A stretch of DNA of 55,764 bases, taken from the IMG/VR virus record IMGVR_UViG_3300033402_000018, one strand, 5' to 3'. The notes beneath the pieces are model-generated. The model saw only the letters and a list, made by a program, of their open reading frames with translations. It made no database searches and was not told the origin of the DNA. The translations under genes and the position numbers were made by a program. Below are positions 38,517 through 47,346 of this stretch, one piece after another; position 1 is the first letter of the stretch; every line of letters begins with the position of its first letter. This DNA is from a virus.

Positions 38517-39238
38517 GCGAAAATAACTCCAAACTTGAAACTGCCGTGGGATGGATTCTCGGCGCGTTGATCGTCATAGTTTTGATCCTGCTGATGCTTC
38601 TCCCGGCACACGGGCAAGAAGTCATCATGAACCAGCCGTCCGCCGACGTCGTAGACAAAGGGCATCTCTTCGTTCGGTCTGATTCCTTCTACACTCAGAA
38701 GCCTGCCTATTTCTTCGAGAACGTGGCGTTTGCCTATGGCCTCGGGCATAACCTTGAAGTCAGCGTCAACGGCAGCGATCTTGCACACGGCTCCGATGTC
38801 TGGCAGATTGTTCCCGGCATCAAGTGGGCCCCGATCAAGACGAAGAACTTTGAAATTTACGTTGGCGACCAACTCTGGAAGCCTGTCTCCAACTTCACCT
38901 ATTACCATACGGGCAACGTCAGCTACGAAGCGGCGGCGTACAAGTACGGAAACTTCCGCTTCACTGGCGGCACGTACCAGTCCTATAACGCCTATGCGCC
39001 GGGGAACCGCGCCGGGGCTATCGGCGGCGTTGAATGGATGGCGAAGATGTTCAAGAACGGCTGGATGGTTGCGCCGGGGATTGACTACGCTTCTGGTGCT
39101 GGGACGAACGGCTACACCAGCCCCGGTCTGATGTTCCAGAAGAAAAACTTCTTCATCTGTCCCGGTTACATGATCGCCAATCCCGGCAACCCGAACGGCG
39201 CTCATCAAAGTTTCATAATGATCGGTGACACCTTTTAA
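38513..39238 (+). CDS. putative outer-membrane beta-barrel protein
   Basis: signal peptide (LIVIVLILLMLLPAHG/QE), alternating aromatic/Gly-rich strands (NVSYEAAAYKYGNFRFTGGTYQSY), C-terminal ..IMIGDTF ending in Phe. Confidence 0.5.
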   Translation: MSENNSKLETAVGWILGALIVIVLILLMLLPAHGQEVIMNQPSADVVDKGHLFVRSDSFYTQKPAYFFENVAFAYGLGHNLEVSVNGSDLAHGSDVWQIVPGIKWAPIKTKNFEIYVGDQLWKPVSNFTYYHTGNVSYEAAAYKYGNFRFTGGTYQSYNAYAPGNRAGAIGGVEWMAKMFKNGWMVAPGIDYASGAGTNGYTSPGLMFQKKNFFICPGYMIANPGNPNGAHQSFIMIGDTF

Positions 39239-39247
39239 GGCCCGATT

Positions 39248-39472
39248 ATGATTGTGATGGTGGTAGGGGACTTCACGTTTTTCGTGGCGGACCACAGCAA
39301 GATTCAGGAGACGATTGATGAGATAGTGGGCAAGAAAGACTACTGCCACTTCTGTCAGGCGGTTCCGATCACTGTCATTTATCGTGGCTGGGATGATAAG
39401 ATAGTAGCGGCGTGCAAGTTGCACGAAGAGATCGTGATGGAGATGATCGAAAGAGCACAGCATGATTCCTAG
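39248..39472 (+). CDS. hypothetical protein
   Basis: 74-aa ORF; no motif. Confidence 0.5.
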   Translation: MIVMVVGDFTFFVADHSKIQETIDEIVGKKDYCHFCQAVPITVIYRGWDDKIVAACKLHEEIVMEMIERAQHDS

Positions 39473-39983
39473 TTCAGTGACGCGAGAAGAATATCGTCCC
39501 CACATGCGGCGATACGCCCGCGACACGATGGTTATGTCGTTCGTGGTGACCAAGCATCCTGATTTCGAGTGGATGCAGGCGGCGGGGAAAGAGATCATCC
39601 AATACCTGCTGGAAGACTTGATTGATCCAAACTGGCATTGCTCACACTGCTACGGCGAAGGCTTTGAGTTTCCGGCTGATTGGGTGTGGGACAACGAAAA
39701 AAGAAACTGGCCCACAGACACCGGGGTTCCGTGTACTGTGTGCAACGGCAAGGGCGGCATTAACTCGTGGGCGTGCATGACATTGTTGCGCATGGCTGCG
39801 GGAGACGACAGCCCAAAAATTGAAGAATGGATGCGGGGTCGGCACGACCCGCTCGTGAAAGTGTGGCGTGAATGGGGAGAACAAAAGGGTTACCTACCCG
39901 TAAGTCCAAAAACAGAAGACGAAAGACAACCAAGCGTCCTAAGAATACTGGGGCGAGCCATCGTAAGCCTGTTTTGGGAGTAA
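39462..39983 (+). CDS. hypothetical protein with two DnaJ-type CxxCxGxG zinc-finger motifs
   Basis: CSHCYGEG and CTVCNGKG; 173 aa. Confidence 0.55.
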   Translation: MIPSSVTREEYRPHMRRYARDTMVMSFVVTKHPDFEWMQAAGKEIIQYLLEDLIDPNWHCSHCYGEGFEFPADWVWDNEKRNWPTDTGVPCTVCNGKGGINSWACMTLLRMAAGDDSPKIEEWMRGRHDPLVKVWREWGEQKGYLPVSPKTEDERQPSVLRILGRAIVSLFWE

Positions 39984-40003
39984 AGAAGAGTCCTGATCCG
40001 GTG

Positions 40004-40186
40004 ATGGAACTGCTGGCGCTGCTGCGCGTTAATCCCGGCGTGGACGGCATCAGAAACCTTGTGCAGTTCGTTGAAGATGAGAGAGCGGACTATTACAACC
40101 TTGGCAAGGCGGTGCGTAGTATCATGGTGCGTGCCTTGACGGAAGAAGAAGAGCAGCTTGTAAAAAGACTTGGCGCAAATGCCTGA
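40004..40186 (+). CDS. hypothetical protein
   Basis: ATG 40004 in frame of ORF 39872..40186; 60 aa. Confidence 0.4.
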   Translation: MELLALLRVNPGVDGIRNLVQFVEDERADYYNLGKAVRSIMVRALTEEEEQLVKRLGANA

Positions 40187-40204
40187 AATTGGTAGGATGA
40201 GAGT

Positions 40205-40753
40205 ATGACCACAAGCAAAGTGTTGGTGTCCATAGCGGCTCTAGTAGTTGTCATGGGTTTTGCCATGACGTGCGCCATCGGCAAGAAAGCCAACGAAGAG
40301 CAAGGTGCGAAGAACCGCGTGCCTGTGCTTCAGCAAAGCGTGCAGGAAGCGGTGCAGGCGTCCAAGGATGCACAAACGGCCGCACAGCAAGCCCAAGCGT
40401 CCCAGCAAGCTGTACAAGCGCAGCTTGACCAGTTGAAGCAGGAGCAAGCGAAGGCTAAGCCGTCTACGGCACCTTGCACCGGATCGCCAGATTGCCCAGA
40501 AAAGATCGGCCCCGGCAGCATCTCAGATGTCAGTGCCACTCCACTTGAAGGCACGGGCCAAAACGATGACGTTTATCTGGCGTTTACTTTCACAGAAAAC
40601 GGCGGGTTCACCAAGCGTTTCTACCCAGTTTGCACCCAGCAGGTGGTCCCGGCTGGCAAGGCGGTCGTCCTTCAATATCACTGGCGTCAGTGGGAATCGA
40701 ACCTGAACATGAAGCGCGGCTGCTATCAGATCGACGGATACCAGACCAAGTAG
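40205..40753 (+). CDS. secreted or lipid-anchored protein with Gln/Ala-rich coil
   Basis: signal VLVSIAALVVVMGFAMTCA; QQSVQEAVQASKDAQTAAQQAQASQQAVQAQLDQLKQEQ. Confidence 0.55.
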   Translation: MTTSKVLVSIAALVVVMGFAMTCAIGKKANEEQGAKNRVPVLQQSVQEAVQASKDAQTAAQQAQASQQAVQAQLDQLKQEQAKAKPSTAPCTGSPDCPEKIGPGSISDVSATPLEGTGQNDDVYLAFTFTENGGFTKRFYPVCTQQVVPAGKAVVLQYHWRQWESNLNMKRGCYQIDGYQTK

Positions 40754-40760
40754 GAGCAAA

Positions 40761-40961
40761 ATGCCCGGAAAGAGAACCAAGAACGTTACAAATCCCCAAG
40801 CATTTGAAGCTTGGAAGCGCCGCAAGCGCGAGATCAATGCGGCTGATACGCAACACCACCAGTTTCAGAAGATGTATCGCCGCGACTGCTTGAAGGCGCG
40901 TGCCGCCGCTGGCAAGCTGACCGAAAAGAACAAGGCGGAAATGGCGCGATTGGGGTTCTAA
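40761..40961 (+). CDS. hypothetical basic protein
   Basis: 66-aa ORF. Confidence 0.45.
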   Translation: MPGKRTKNVTNPQAFEAWKRRKREINAADTQHHQFQKMYRRDCLKARAAAGKLTEKNKAEMARLGF

Positions 40962-41537
40962 GTGGGAATTTGGGCTGACATGTCGGCTGAGAACAAGATT
41001 GGTTCAGTGTTCGCTCTGCTTCTTGTTGTCGCTGTGATTGCTGGCGTTATCCACTTTATGTCTTCGAGCAATGACACCAAAGCAGCGAAACCAGCGCAGC
41101 AGTTTGGTCTACAAACTCAGCCGCCCCCTGTCGCCAAGCCTGAGCCGGAGAAGGTCTATACTTACGCCCCACCTGTCCCCGAAATCCCACACGCCAAGAA
41201 GATTGTTGAAGGCGTGGTGTGGACGGTGAAATGGAACGGCAACGATCCTGCGATTGGTGTTGACAAGGAAAAGACGCACTATCAGCCGGACAACACGGAA
41301 GTTGAAACCTACGAACCGGGAACGGATGACAAGCCAGAGTATACCTACTTCTGCGGCGACGCGCTCGCACGCTTCACTCCCGGCAAGCGGATCAGAATGA
41401 TTTTAGAAGACACCAACGTGTCAGACTACAACAGTTGTTACACGCTAAAGGGTGTGGGGCTTACCTTTGGTGGTAAGCCACAGGCAGAAGTGCAGCTTGG
41501 CACGGTAATGCCTTCGTCAGTGCCGGGGGCGAAATGA
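40962..41537 (+). CDS. membrane-anchored hypothetical protein
   Basis: GTG 40962 (ATG 40980 alternative); N-terminal TM VFALLLVVAVIAGVIHF. Confidence 0.5.
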   Translation: MGIWADMSAENKIGSVFALLLVVAVIAGVIHFMSSSNDTKAAKPAQQFGLQTQPPPVAKPEPEKVYTYAPPVPEIPHAKKIVEGVVWTVKWNGNDPAIGVDKEKTHYQPDNTEVETYEPGTDDKPEYTYFCGDALARFTPGKRIRMILEDTNVSDYNSCYTLKGVGLTFGGKPQAEVQLGTVMPSSVPGAK

Positions 41538-42028
41538 ACACCTTCGATCTCGATAGCGTCAACATCGGGCCTGTTCGTATCGGTGGGTTCATCGGGCATG
41601 GGCTGGTGCTGGGAAAGAAAACTTTCTTTTTGGCGTTGAGAAGTACCCTCTTACGCAAGACGATTTTGACCTTGGTCGCCGGAAGCGCCATCATTTTCGG
41701 CGGGATTCGTGGCATTAGAGCTATCACGAACTGGAAAGCACAATCCCCCATTGAAAAAGATGTTTACCTTGTGGAAGACATGCGAGACGGCGGACAGTAT
41801 ATCGTCGTGCGGCATGGCAGCGAGCACATAAAGCTTCATTGCGAACGCAACATCTTTGTTGATCCCACGAAGAACCAATGGACTGACAACAGTTACGGAT
41901 GCACGGTGCAGCACCCCGGCAACCAAATCGTTCTTGAGAAATGGGACGACCGCACATACGTTTTCAAGAAGGGCACCTTCAACGGCTACACGTCCGAAGG
42001 TGAAGATGATTTTTCCGTGCAGGAATAA
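41534..42028 (+). CDS. membrane-anchored hypothetical protein
   Basis: ATGA overlap; TM ILTLVAGSAIIFGGI; 164 aa. Confidence 0.5.
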   Translation: MNTFDLDSVNIGPVRIGGFIGHGLVLGKKTFFLALRSTLLRKTILTLVAGSAIIFGGIRGIRAITNWKAQSPIEKDVYLVEDMRDGGQYIVVRHGSEHIKLHCERNIFVDPTKNQWTDNSYGCTVQHPGNQIVLEKWDDRTYVFKKGTFNGYTSEGEDDFSVQE

Positions 42029-42030
42029 CG

Positions 42031-42306
42031 ATGCCCTGTTATGTGGTGCATGTGCGCAAGGCACCGTTCGATGTTTACTGCGGACGAGCGTTCCTTGAAT
42101 TCGATGAAAGTATTTGGCACAACCCGTTTAAGGTTGAGCCGTACTGCGGCAGAAAGTGCGTGATCGAGAAGTTCAGGCAATATCTGCTGAACAGCCCGGA
42201 ATTGATGGCGCGGCTGCCGGAGTTAAAGGACAAAGTTCTTGGCTGCTGGTGCAAACCGAAAGACTGCCATTGCGATGTAATCGCGGAGTTAGTGAACAAG
42301 CTATGA
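42031..42306 (+). CDS. DUF4326-family protein
   Basis: VVHVRKAPFDVYCGR..WHNPF..LGCWCKPKDCHCDVIAELV matches the DUF4326 LxCWCxPxxCHxDVL signature. Confidence 0.7.
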   Translation: MPCYVVHVRKAPFDVYCGRAFLEFDESIWHNPFKVEPYCGRKCVIEKFRQYLLNSPELMARLPELKDKVLGCWCKPKDCHCDVIAELVNKL

Positions 42307-42872
42307 AAGCAAAGAAAGCACAGAGCACGCTGGAAAAGACCGTTACCAAGAACGTTAGGAGCGCCAAGGCAAAGCAGCTACGGGCTGAACGTCAAGCGGC
42401 GGCGGAAGAGAAAGCTTACCAAGCGAAGCTCCCCAAGACGCCTGAAGAGCGTGCAAAAATTGTTTGGCCGTCCATCACAGATGGTAAGTGGGACATTTAC
42501 TTTGCCGCTGGACACTGGCGGTTACGCTTTTGGGTGGGTAAGTTCGAGTTCCAAATTCACGATGATTTTGTGCCAGCGGACGAAGGCACACCCACCGAAG
42601 GGTATCCCGCAACAGAAGCACACTGGGTGAAGTCTTTATTTGTTATTCCACCCGATGAGTACGAGCACTGTTTGGGATACGTGGGCGATCTGGACGACAG
42701 TTGGCTGGCGCATCGCAACGACACAGGTAAAGAAGCCGAGTGGTACAAGAAGAACATGAACGAGGAAATCAAAAAACTCAACGACCGCGTGACTGAAATG
42801 GTTCAAGAGTTCATGTCTAAAAAAGACGATTACTCGTATCGTGAATATTTACGGCGTTCGAGTTCGAGGTAG
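42303..42872 (+). CDS. hypothetical protein
   Basis: ATGA overlap at 42303; 189 aa; basic N-terminus. Confidence 0.55.
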   Translation: MKAKKAQSTLEKTVTKNVRSAKAKQLRAERQAAAEEKAYQAKLPKTPEERAKIVWPSITDGKWDIYFAAGHWRLRFWVGKFEFQIHDDFVPADEGTPTEGYPATEAHWVKSLFVIPPDEYEHCLGYVGDLDDSWLAHRNDTGKEAEWYKKNMNEEIKKLNDRVTEMVQEFMSKKDDYSYREYLRRSSSR

Positions 42873-42874
42873 TC

Positions 42875-43084
42875 ATGAGACAGGTCAAGCAAGGTAAGCT
42901 AAAAGAGAAAATCTGGCGCGGCGAGTGCAACGAATGCGGCGCGGTATGGGAAGCGAAAGAAAACGAGCTTCATCCGACCTATGACCAGCGCGAAGGGGCA
43001 ATGGCTCGGTCTGAATGTGGACAGTGCGGTACGGAAATGTGGTTTTATCCAAAGGATGCTGGTTCACAGTGGGGCGATCACTGA
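42875..43084 (+). CDS. hypothetical zinc-ribbon protein
   Basis: CNECG..CGQCG; 69 aa. Confidence 0.5.
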   Translation: MRQVKQGKLKEKIWRGECNECGAVWEAKENELHPTYDQREGAMARSECGQCGTEMWFYPKDAGSQWGDH

Positions 43085-43087
43085 TAA

Positions 43088-43252
43088 ATGGCTACTCTCA
43101 AAGAACAACTCATGGCAATTCTGGTGTGTGACCAGTGCGGCGCACCAGTAGAGTTTGACCCGGCGGACAAAGTGTACCGCCATAAGGAACCGCTTGACCG
43201 ATTCTGCAAACGAAACGGCTACCCGGTGGAAACAAAGGTTCGAACTTCCTAG
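43088..43252 (+). CDS. hypothetical small protein (54 aa), tentative
   Basis: found by eye: MATLKEQLMAILVCDQCGAPVEFDPADKVYRHKEPLDRFCKRNGYPVETKVRTS. Confidence 0.35.
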   Translation: MATLKEQLMAILVCDQCGAPVEFDPADKVYRHKEPLDRFCKRNGYPVETKVRTS

Positions 43253-43380
43253 CGCAGCCGGAAGCGACCTTGAATTCATCGGCGACCTTGTTGGCGTGGA
43301 ACGCGACCCGCGTGGGTTCTACCGCTGGAGAACCGTGCCAGCAGTTCGCAACAGTTACATTCTCATTTTTCGGCTGAATT

Positions 43381-43674
43381 ATGACTTTGAACGAGCCTGA
43401 GTTGCATGTCACTCCCCAAGAATTCGCCGAAATGCAGGAATGGTCGTTAGGGCCTCCAGAACTGTTTGTCGATAAAACACTGGCGAAGTGGCCTCATCTG
43501 CGTGCATACATGTTCAAAGACATCACTGTGCATGTTGTGGTGCAGTGGGGTGGGATCGAACGTTACGTGATCGTGCTTAACGAAAACCCTATGACGAAAT
43601 TTTTCCGCGAGCACACTCCAACCATTGCAGATGAAGAAGCTCGAAAAATTCTTCGTGAGATCGCAGGTTTGTAA
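43381..43674 (+). CDS. hypothetical protein
   Basis: 97-aa ORF. Confidence 0.5.
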   Translation: MTLNEPELHVTPQEFAEMQEWSLGPPELFVDKTLAKWPHLRAYMFKDITVHVVVQWGGIERYVIVLNENPMTKFFREHTPTIADEEARKILREIAGL

Positions 43675-43692
43675 TACCTGAACCCTTTGTGT

Positions 43693-43899
43693 ATGCCAAT
43701 CATCAGAATTGAAGACCCCGATGTTTTCGTCGGTCTCGCACTCATCAAGGCGCAGGCTGAGATCAAAGACCACGGCTACGATTCCCGCGTTGTCTGGGCC
43801 GATGGTCGCTCCCTTCACACCGAGAAGGCGGATTACGATCCGCTCCGCATCAGCCTGCATGTCAAGGACGGCAAAGTCGTGAAAGCTCTTCGCGGCTAA
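43693..43899 (+). CDS. I78-type peptidase-inhibitor-like small protein (tentative)
   Basis: ATG 43693 (TTG 43687 in track); AEIKDHGYDSRVVWADGRSLHTEKADYDPLRISLHVKDGKVVKALRG resembles the ..RV..PG...T.DYRxDRLN..D..G.I pattern. Confidence 0.4.
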   Translation: MPIIRIEDPDVFVGLALIKAQAEIKDHGYDSRVVWADGRSLHTEKADYDPLRISLHVKDGKVVKALRG

Positions 43900-43925
43900 A
43901 CCACTCATTGTAAAAGCTTTATTTC

Positions 43926-43955
43926 TGGCCTATTTTCCCCGTTTTCGAGTATACT
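43926..43955 (+). promoter_or_regulatory. sigma70-like promoter, probably leaderless
   Basis: TGGCCT-N18-TATACT; -10 ends 7 nt before ATG 43963. Confidence 0.45.
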
Positions 43956-43962
43956 TGGGGTG

Positions 43963-44211
43963 ATGAAGATCACCGTCCCATTCTCTGAAGTGCTGAAGAT
44001 TGTTGAGTTGGAACTTCGTGCTCGCGGTGTGTCAGTCTACCCGGACTCCGGCAACATCGAGAGCCACGTAGAAGGTCAGTACGAAGAACAGCAGAGCATC
44101 CCTGACGGCATCTCGTACACTCTTGACCTGCCGCGCCACTGCAAAACCTGCGGCTATAACGGCCCCTGCACAACCTGCCCAAAATGTATCACACTCACGG
44201 AGCCACGATAA
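43963..44211 (+). CDS. hypothetical protein
   Basis: ATG 43963 (GTG 43960 in track); 82 aa; C-terminal CKTCG..CTTCPKC. Confidence 0.5.
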   Translation: MKITVPFSEVLKIVELELRARGVSVYPDSGNIESHVEGQYEEQQSIPDGISYTLDLPRHCKTCGYNGPCTTCPKCITLTEPR

Positions 44212-44438
44212 TGCCACGCATTTACACATCATGTTCCGATCCCGAAGATTTTTGTAAGCGATGCTTTCCGAAGTCGGAAGCCGCTGCCGAAAAGAAGTAC
44301 GGCAACGTAGCGATCACTGGCGAAGGGCCGGACGGTCGCGGCAATTGCTTCGATTACAACTCGGTGCATCCGCCGTATGAAGAATGCGACTACAACTGCA
44401 CGTCCTGCGGCAAGCGCCTGACGGAGAATGACAACTGA
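44211..44438 (+). CDS. hypothetical Cys-rich protein
   Basis: TAATG junction at 44211; 75 aa. Confidence 0.5.
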   Translation: MPRIYTSCSDPEDFCKRCFPKSEAAAEKKYGNVAITGEGPDGRGNCFDYNSVHPPYEECDYNCTSCGKRLTENDN

Positions 44439-44752
44439 TGATCCCCCTACCGCCAGATTCGCTTGGCCCGAAGCCGACGAAAAAGCAACTTGACCTGCTC
44501 ACAGAGATGGTGAAGCCGGGGGTGACCGTTCACCGCTGGCATGGCACCAGACCTGACTCCGAAGGCGCGTATCTCCGCTATTCCAACGGCGAAGGGCAAT
44601 CGCCGACTCACGTGAACTGCAACGTGGGCACCGTAGAAAAATACATTTCTTGGGGCTGGCTGGCTGCGATAGAATTAGACTGGCGCGGCAACACCTATGC
44701 CGCAACAGATCGCGCACGTAAAGTGGTTGAAAAGGGAGTCTTTCGAAAATGA
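44438..44752 (+). CDS. hypothetical protein
   Basis: TGATG junction; 104 aa. Confidence 0.5.
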   Translation: MIPLPPDSLGPKPTKKQLDLLTEMVKPGVTVHRWHGTRPDSEGAYLRYSNGEGQSPTHVNCNVGTVEKYISWGWLAAIELDWRGNTYAATDRARKVVEKGVFRK

Positions 44753-44946
44753 ACGATTCCGCGAGACTCGAATGGCTTTTCGACCACGGCGGCGCGGACT
44801 TGGACTACAGGGTCGTGGACGGTCATATTGCGTTTTTCTACATCCGGTGGTTCAGTGATTCGGACTGGTACATCGTGCGTGGTAAAGACTGGCGCGAGTG
44901 TATTGATAACGCCATCGACGGGAAAGCTGAAAAGGTAGGAGACTAA
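44749..44946 (+). CDS. hypothetical protein
   Basis: ATGA overlap; 65 aa. Confidence 0.45.
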   Translation: MNDSARLEWLFDHGGADLDYRVVDGHIAFFYIRWFSDSDWYIVRGKDWRECIDNAIDGKAEKVGD

Positions 44947-45305
44947 TGGCGACGCCGATGAAGAAGCACTGGTACTTCGATATTCACGATCCAGAAGTGA
45001 CTCCCGCCGTCTACCACTTGCTGTGGGCGGTGATCTACGAGACGCCGAATGATCTGATCCACGAAGTATGGTGGGAGCGCTTCGTAGACGCTATCGAGTT
45101 CGGCGACAACCAGAGAAAGCAGTATAACGAGCGCATCTCGCATCCTGACTCGTACTGCTACTCAGGCGGCAAAGAACAACTGGAAGCCTTCAAAGCTAAG
45201 ACCCCGCCGACTTTTGAAGAAGCAATCGAAGAGTACAGGCTTTGGCTTGAAGCCCGTGGTGTAGACGCTCTGCACGAGCCAGTGCTGGTCAAGATGTGGT
45301 GGTAA
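44946..45305 (+). CDS. hypothetical protein
   Basis: TAATG junction; 119 aa. Confidence 0.55.
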   Translation: MATPMKKHWYFDIHDPEVTPAVYHLLWAVIYETPNDLIHEVWWERFVDAIEFGDNQRKQYNERISHPDSYCYSGGKEQLEAFKAKTPPTFEEAIEEYRLWLEARGVDALHEPVLVKMWW

Positions 45306-45401
45306 CCAAGGAGGAATAGTGCCACTTCACGGAAGGTTTCATCGGACGCTGCTATACGTCAGCAACGCGCCCGTAGTATACTCTTAGCGAGGGCTACTGA
45401 T

Positions 45402-45773
45402 ATGGCAAAAGCTAAGAAAGGCATTCTCTCCCCGAAGGTTGTTGAGTTTAAGAAGCCGGAACTGGACGGCATTCCCGAAGACGCCGACCCGAAGTTTGTT
45501 GAGTTCGCAATGAAGGTTGACACGCTCAGCCGGAAGATCATCGACGTCGTGGACACGGAAGAAACCAGTGTAGTTCTGGCGTCACTCGAAATGGTTCTCA
45601 AGGCTGCGGTTGGCACGTTGGGTAAGCGTGAGCAGCAATTACTCGTTGACCACTTGAACGATTTCCACCGTGAGATCGCGGTGACGTTGCTTTTAGGCGG
45701 CATCCTGCGTCAAGCTGGACTGGACCCGAACGCGGAGCCGGACTTGGGTGCTCTGGATGAAAAAGATCGGTGA
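45402..45773 (+). CDS. hypothetical protein
   Basis: 123-aa ORF downstream of TATACT box at 45377-45382. Confidence 0.55.
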   Translation: MAKAKKGILSPKVVEFKKPELDGIPEDADPKFVEFAMKVDTLSRKIIDVVDTEETSVVLASLEMVLKAAVGTLGKREQQLLVDHLNDFHREIAVTLLLGGILRQAGLDPNAEPDLGALDEKDR

Positions 45774-45954
45774 TGTGATTTTCATAGCTTGGCTGGTGTT
45801 CGCGGCTCTCGGTGAAAGCCGGAAGCTCATGCTGGTGCTGATCGCCTTCGCAGGACTGGCGGCGCTCCTGCATCACAACGGTTACGCGGTTTTCTTCGGC
45901 GGCGCGGCGCTACTCGGTTATATCGCAGCCGGGAACCCGCCAAAGTTCTATTGA
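45757..45954 (+). CDS. small membrane protein
   Basis: ATG 45757 in frame of ORF 45748..45954; two TM helices. Confidence 0.45.
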   Translation: MKKIGDVIFIAWLVFAALGESRKLMLVLIAFAGLAALLHHNGYAVFFGGAALLGYIAAGNPPKFY

Positions 45955-46184
45955 TGGAGAACCGCGAACAAGTCGAGCGATTAGTACAGGATGGTGTGGC
46001 GTGCTATGAAGCCCGCCGCAACACCGCTGCTTTGCTCGCCAGAGCTAGGCAAGATACTATTCTTTTAGAGCAAGAATTAAATCGAATCGAAGCTGAATGC
46101 GACAGCATCATAAAGAAGCTGAGGTCTTTTGGGTTTCACGATGTAGGTCACGCCAAGGGAGAACTTGGAAAGGGGACGCCATGA
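45954..46184 (+). CDS. hypothetical coiled-coil protein
   Basis: ATG 45954 on TGATG junction; 76 aa. Confidence 0.45.
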   Translation: MENREQVERLVQDGVACYEARRNTAALLARARQDTILLEQELNRIEAECDSIIKKLRSFGFHDVGHAKGELGKGTP

Positions 46185-46525
46185 AAGAACGCCACGTAAT
46201 GCCGTTCATAATTTTGCTCGTAGTCCTGCTGTTCTTAGGCTGCACATTTGCCCACGCGCAGTACAGTTCCATCAGCCCACTCAACGGGCCTTCTTATCAG
46301 CCGCCCAGCAACCCGCGTCACGCGGACCAGCATGATCTGGCACCAATGCAAAACCTGCTCGGAAACAACTCCATCAGCGAAGGTCATGGCGAGCGCCCGC
46401 TTTGGGAGTTTGGTGGAACGCCGGAAGTTTCACTTGGGGATTTCGCCAAAAAATATCGCGCTGAACACGCCAAGCTCGCACCGGAAGACCGCGCACAAAT
46501 CCGATGGAATAAGCAGGGTCAGTAA
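46181..46525 (+). CDS. secreted protein or lipoprotein
   Basis: ATGA overlap; signal MPFIILLVVLLFLGCTFAHA. Confidence 0.5.
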   Translation: MKERHVMPFIILLVVLLFLGCTFAHAQYSSISPLNGPSYQPPSNPRHADQHDLAPMQNLLGNNSISEGHGERPLWEFGGTPEVSLGDFAKKYRAEHAKLAPEDRAQIRWNKQGQ

Positions 46526-46866
46526 TGCCGGAAGGATTCACAGTCAACGATTTTGACGCGCTGGCGGTAGAGAAGCGTGAGCGGAACGGCTGGGGCTTTA
46601 CGCGTGAAGACCTTGAGAAGTACGGCGTGCTCATGGTTACGGATGTCCGGCTGGTATGGGACGAGAGCACTCCGGTGGAGATGCGCAAGGTTTTTGCGGA
46701 AGCCAGCCACGTGCTTCACTTCATCGCGGAGCGTGCCGTCATGGATCAGCTTACGCATGACAAGCTGAAGCCGACTGAACAGTTGGATTTGCTGTATGGG
46801 GATTCAATCACCGGAGAACACGTGCTCTTGCGCAAGAGCGACTGGCACCCGGTTGGGAGTGAGTGA
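46525..46866 (+). CDS. hypothetical protein
   Basis: TAATG junction; 113 aa. Confidence 0.5.
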   Translation: MPEGFTVNDFDALAVEKRERNGWGFTREDLEKYGVLMVTDVRLVWDESTPVEMRKVFAEASHVLHFIAERAVMDQLTHDKLKPTEQLDLLYGDSITGEHVLLRKSDWHPVGSE

Positions 46867-47171
46867 TGCAGAAGATTTACGTGGCGCAGACGGATGAAAC
46901 GTGGGGAACAGGCGCTCAGTATGGTCCTTTTGATACCAGCGGCGAGGCCGAACGCGCAGCAAAGCAACTAGGCTGGGGCTACGTGACGGTTCTTTCTTGG
47001 GACGATGAAGTATTCGTCGGCGCACGGACGTATCCGGTCGCACCGTCCATCGAGCAGTTACGTGCGGTGATCGCTGGCGTGCCGCCACTGAGCGCTGCTG
47101 AGTCAAAATTTTTCGCTTTCTATGAAGACCAATTGAATGCACCTTCTGATCCAAAAACTGCTGGGCGGTAG
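46866..47171 (+). CDS. hypothetical protein
   Basis: ATG 46866 on TGATG junction (GTG 46863 in track); 101 aa. Confidence 0.5.
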   Translation: MQKIYVAQTDETWGTGAQYGPFDTSGEAERAAKQLGWGYVTVLSWDDEVFVGARTYPVAPSIEQLRAVIAGVPPLSAAESKFFAFYEDQLNAPSDPKTAGR

Positions 47172-47175
47172 ACCG

Positions 47176-47346
47176 ATGCTGCGCGTGCAGCGTGTCACCG
47201 ACCGTGCGTCCAGCTTCATTGACTGCTGGGGCCGTTTGTGGCTTGCTGAGCATGAATGGAGTTGGAAGCGTTACCGGGAAGGCGTTGAAGTTCAAGAATC
47301 GCAGCCGTTGTTCTTCCCGACTCTCAGGGGTGATCTCAATGAGTAA
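47176..47346 (+). CDS. hypothetical small protein
   Basis: ATG 47176 in frame of ORF 47137..47346; 56 aa. Confidence 0.35.
   Translation: MLRVQRVTDRASSFIDCWGRLWLAEHEWSWKRYREGVEVQESQPLFFPTLRGDLNE

Noticed and set aside
38378-39598. 406-aa minus-strand ORF
   Set aside because: It is antisense to three coherent + strand genes (signal peptide/barrel protein and others). It has no motifs and breaks the uniform + strand, overlap-coupled organisation.
43155-43400. 81-aa ORF
   Set aside because: Its first half overlaps the more plausible 43088-43252 zinc-ribbon-like ORF. The remainder has no ATG and only a short GTG option. Coding of 43253-43380 stays unresolved.
45319-45387. 22-codon GTG ORF behind a strong AAGGAGG in the 45305-45402 gap
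   Set aside because: It is very short, has no sequence logic comparable to the Ser leader and no terminator follows. The SD-like sequence may be fortuitous.
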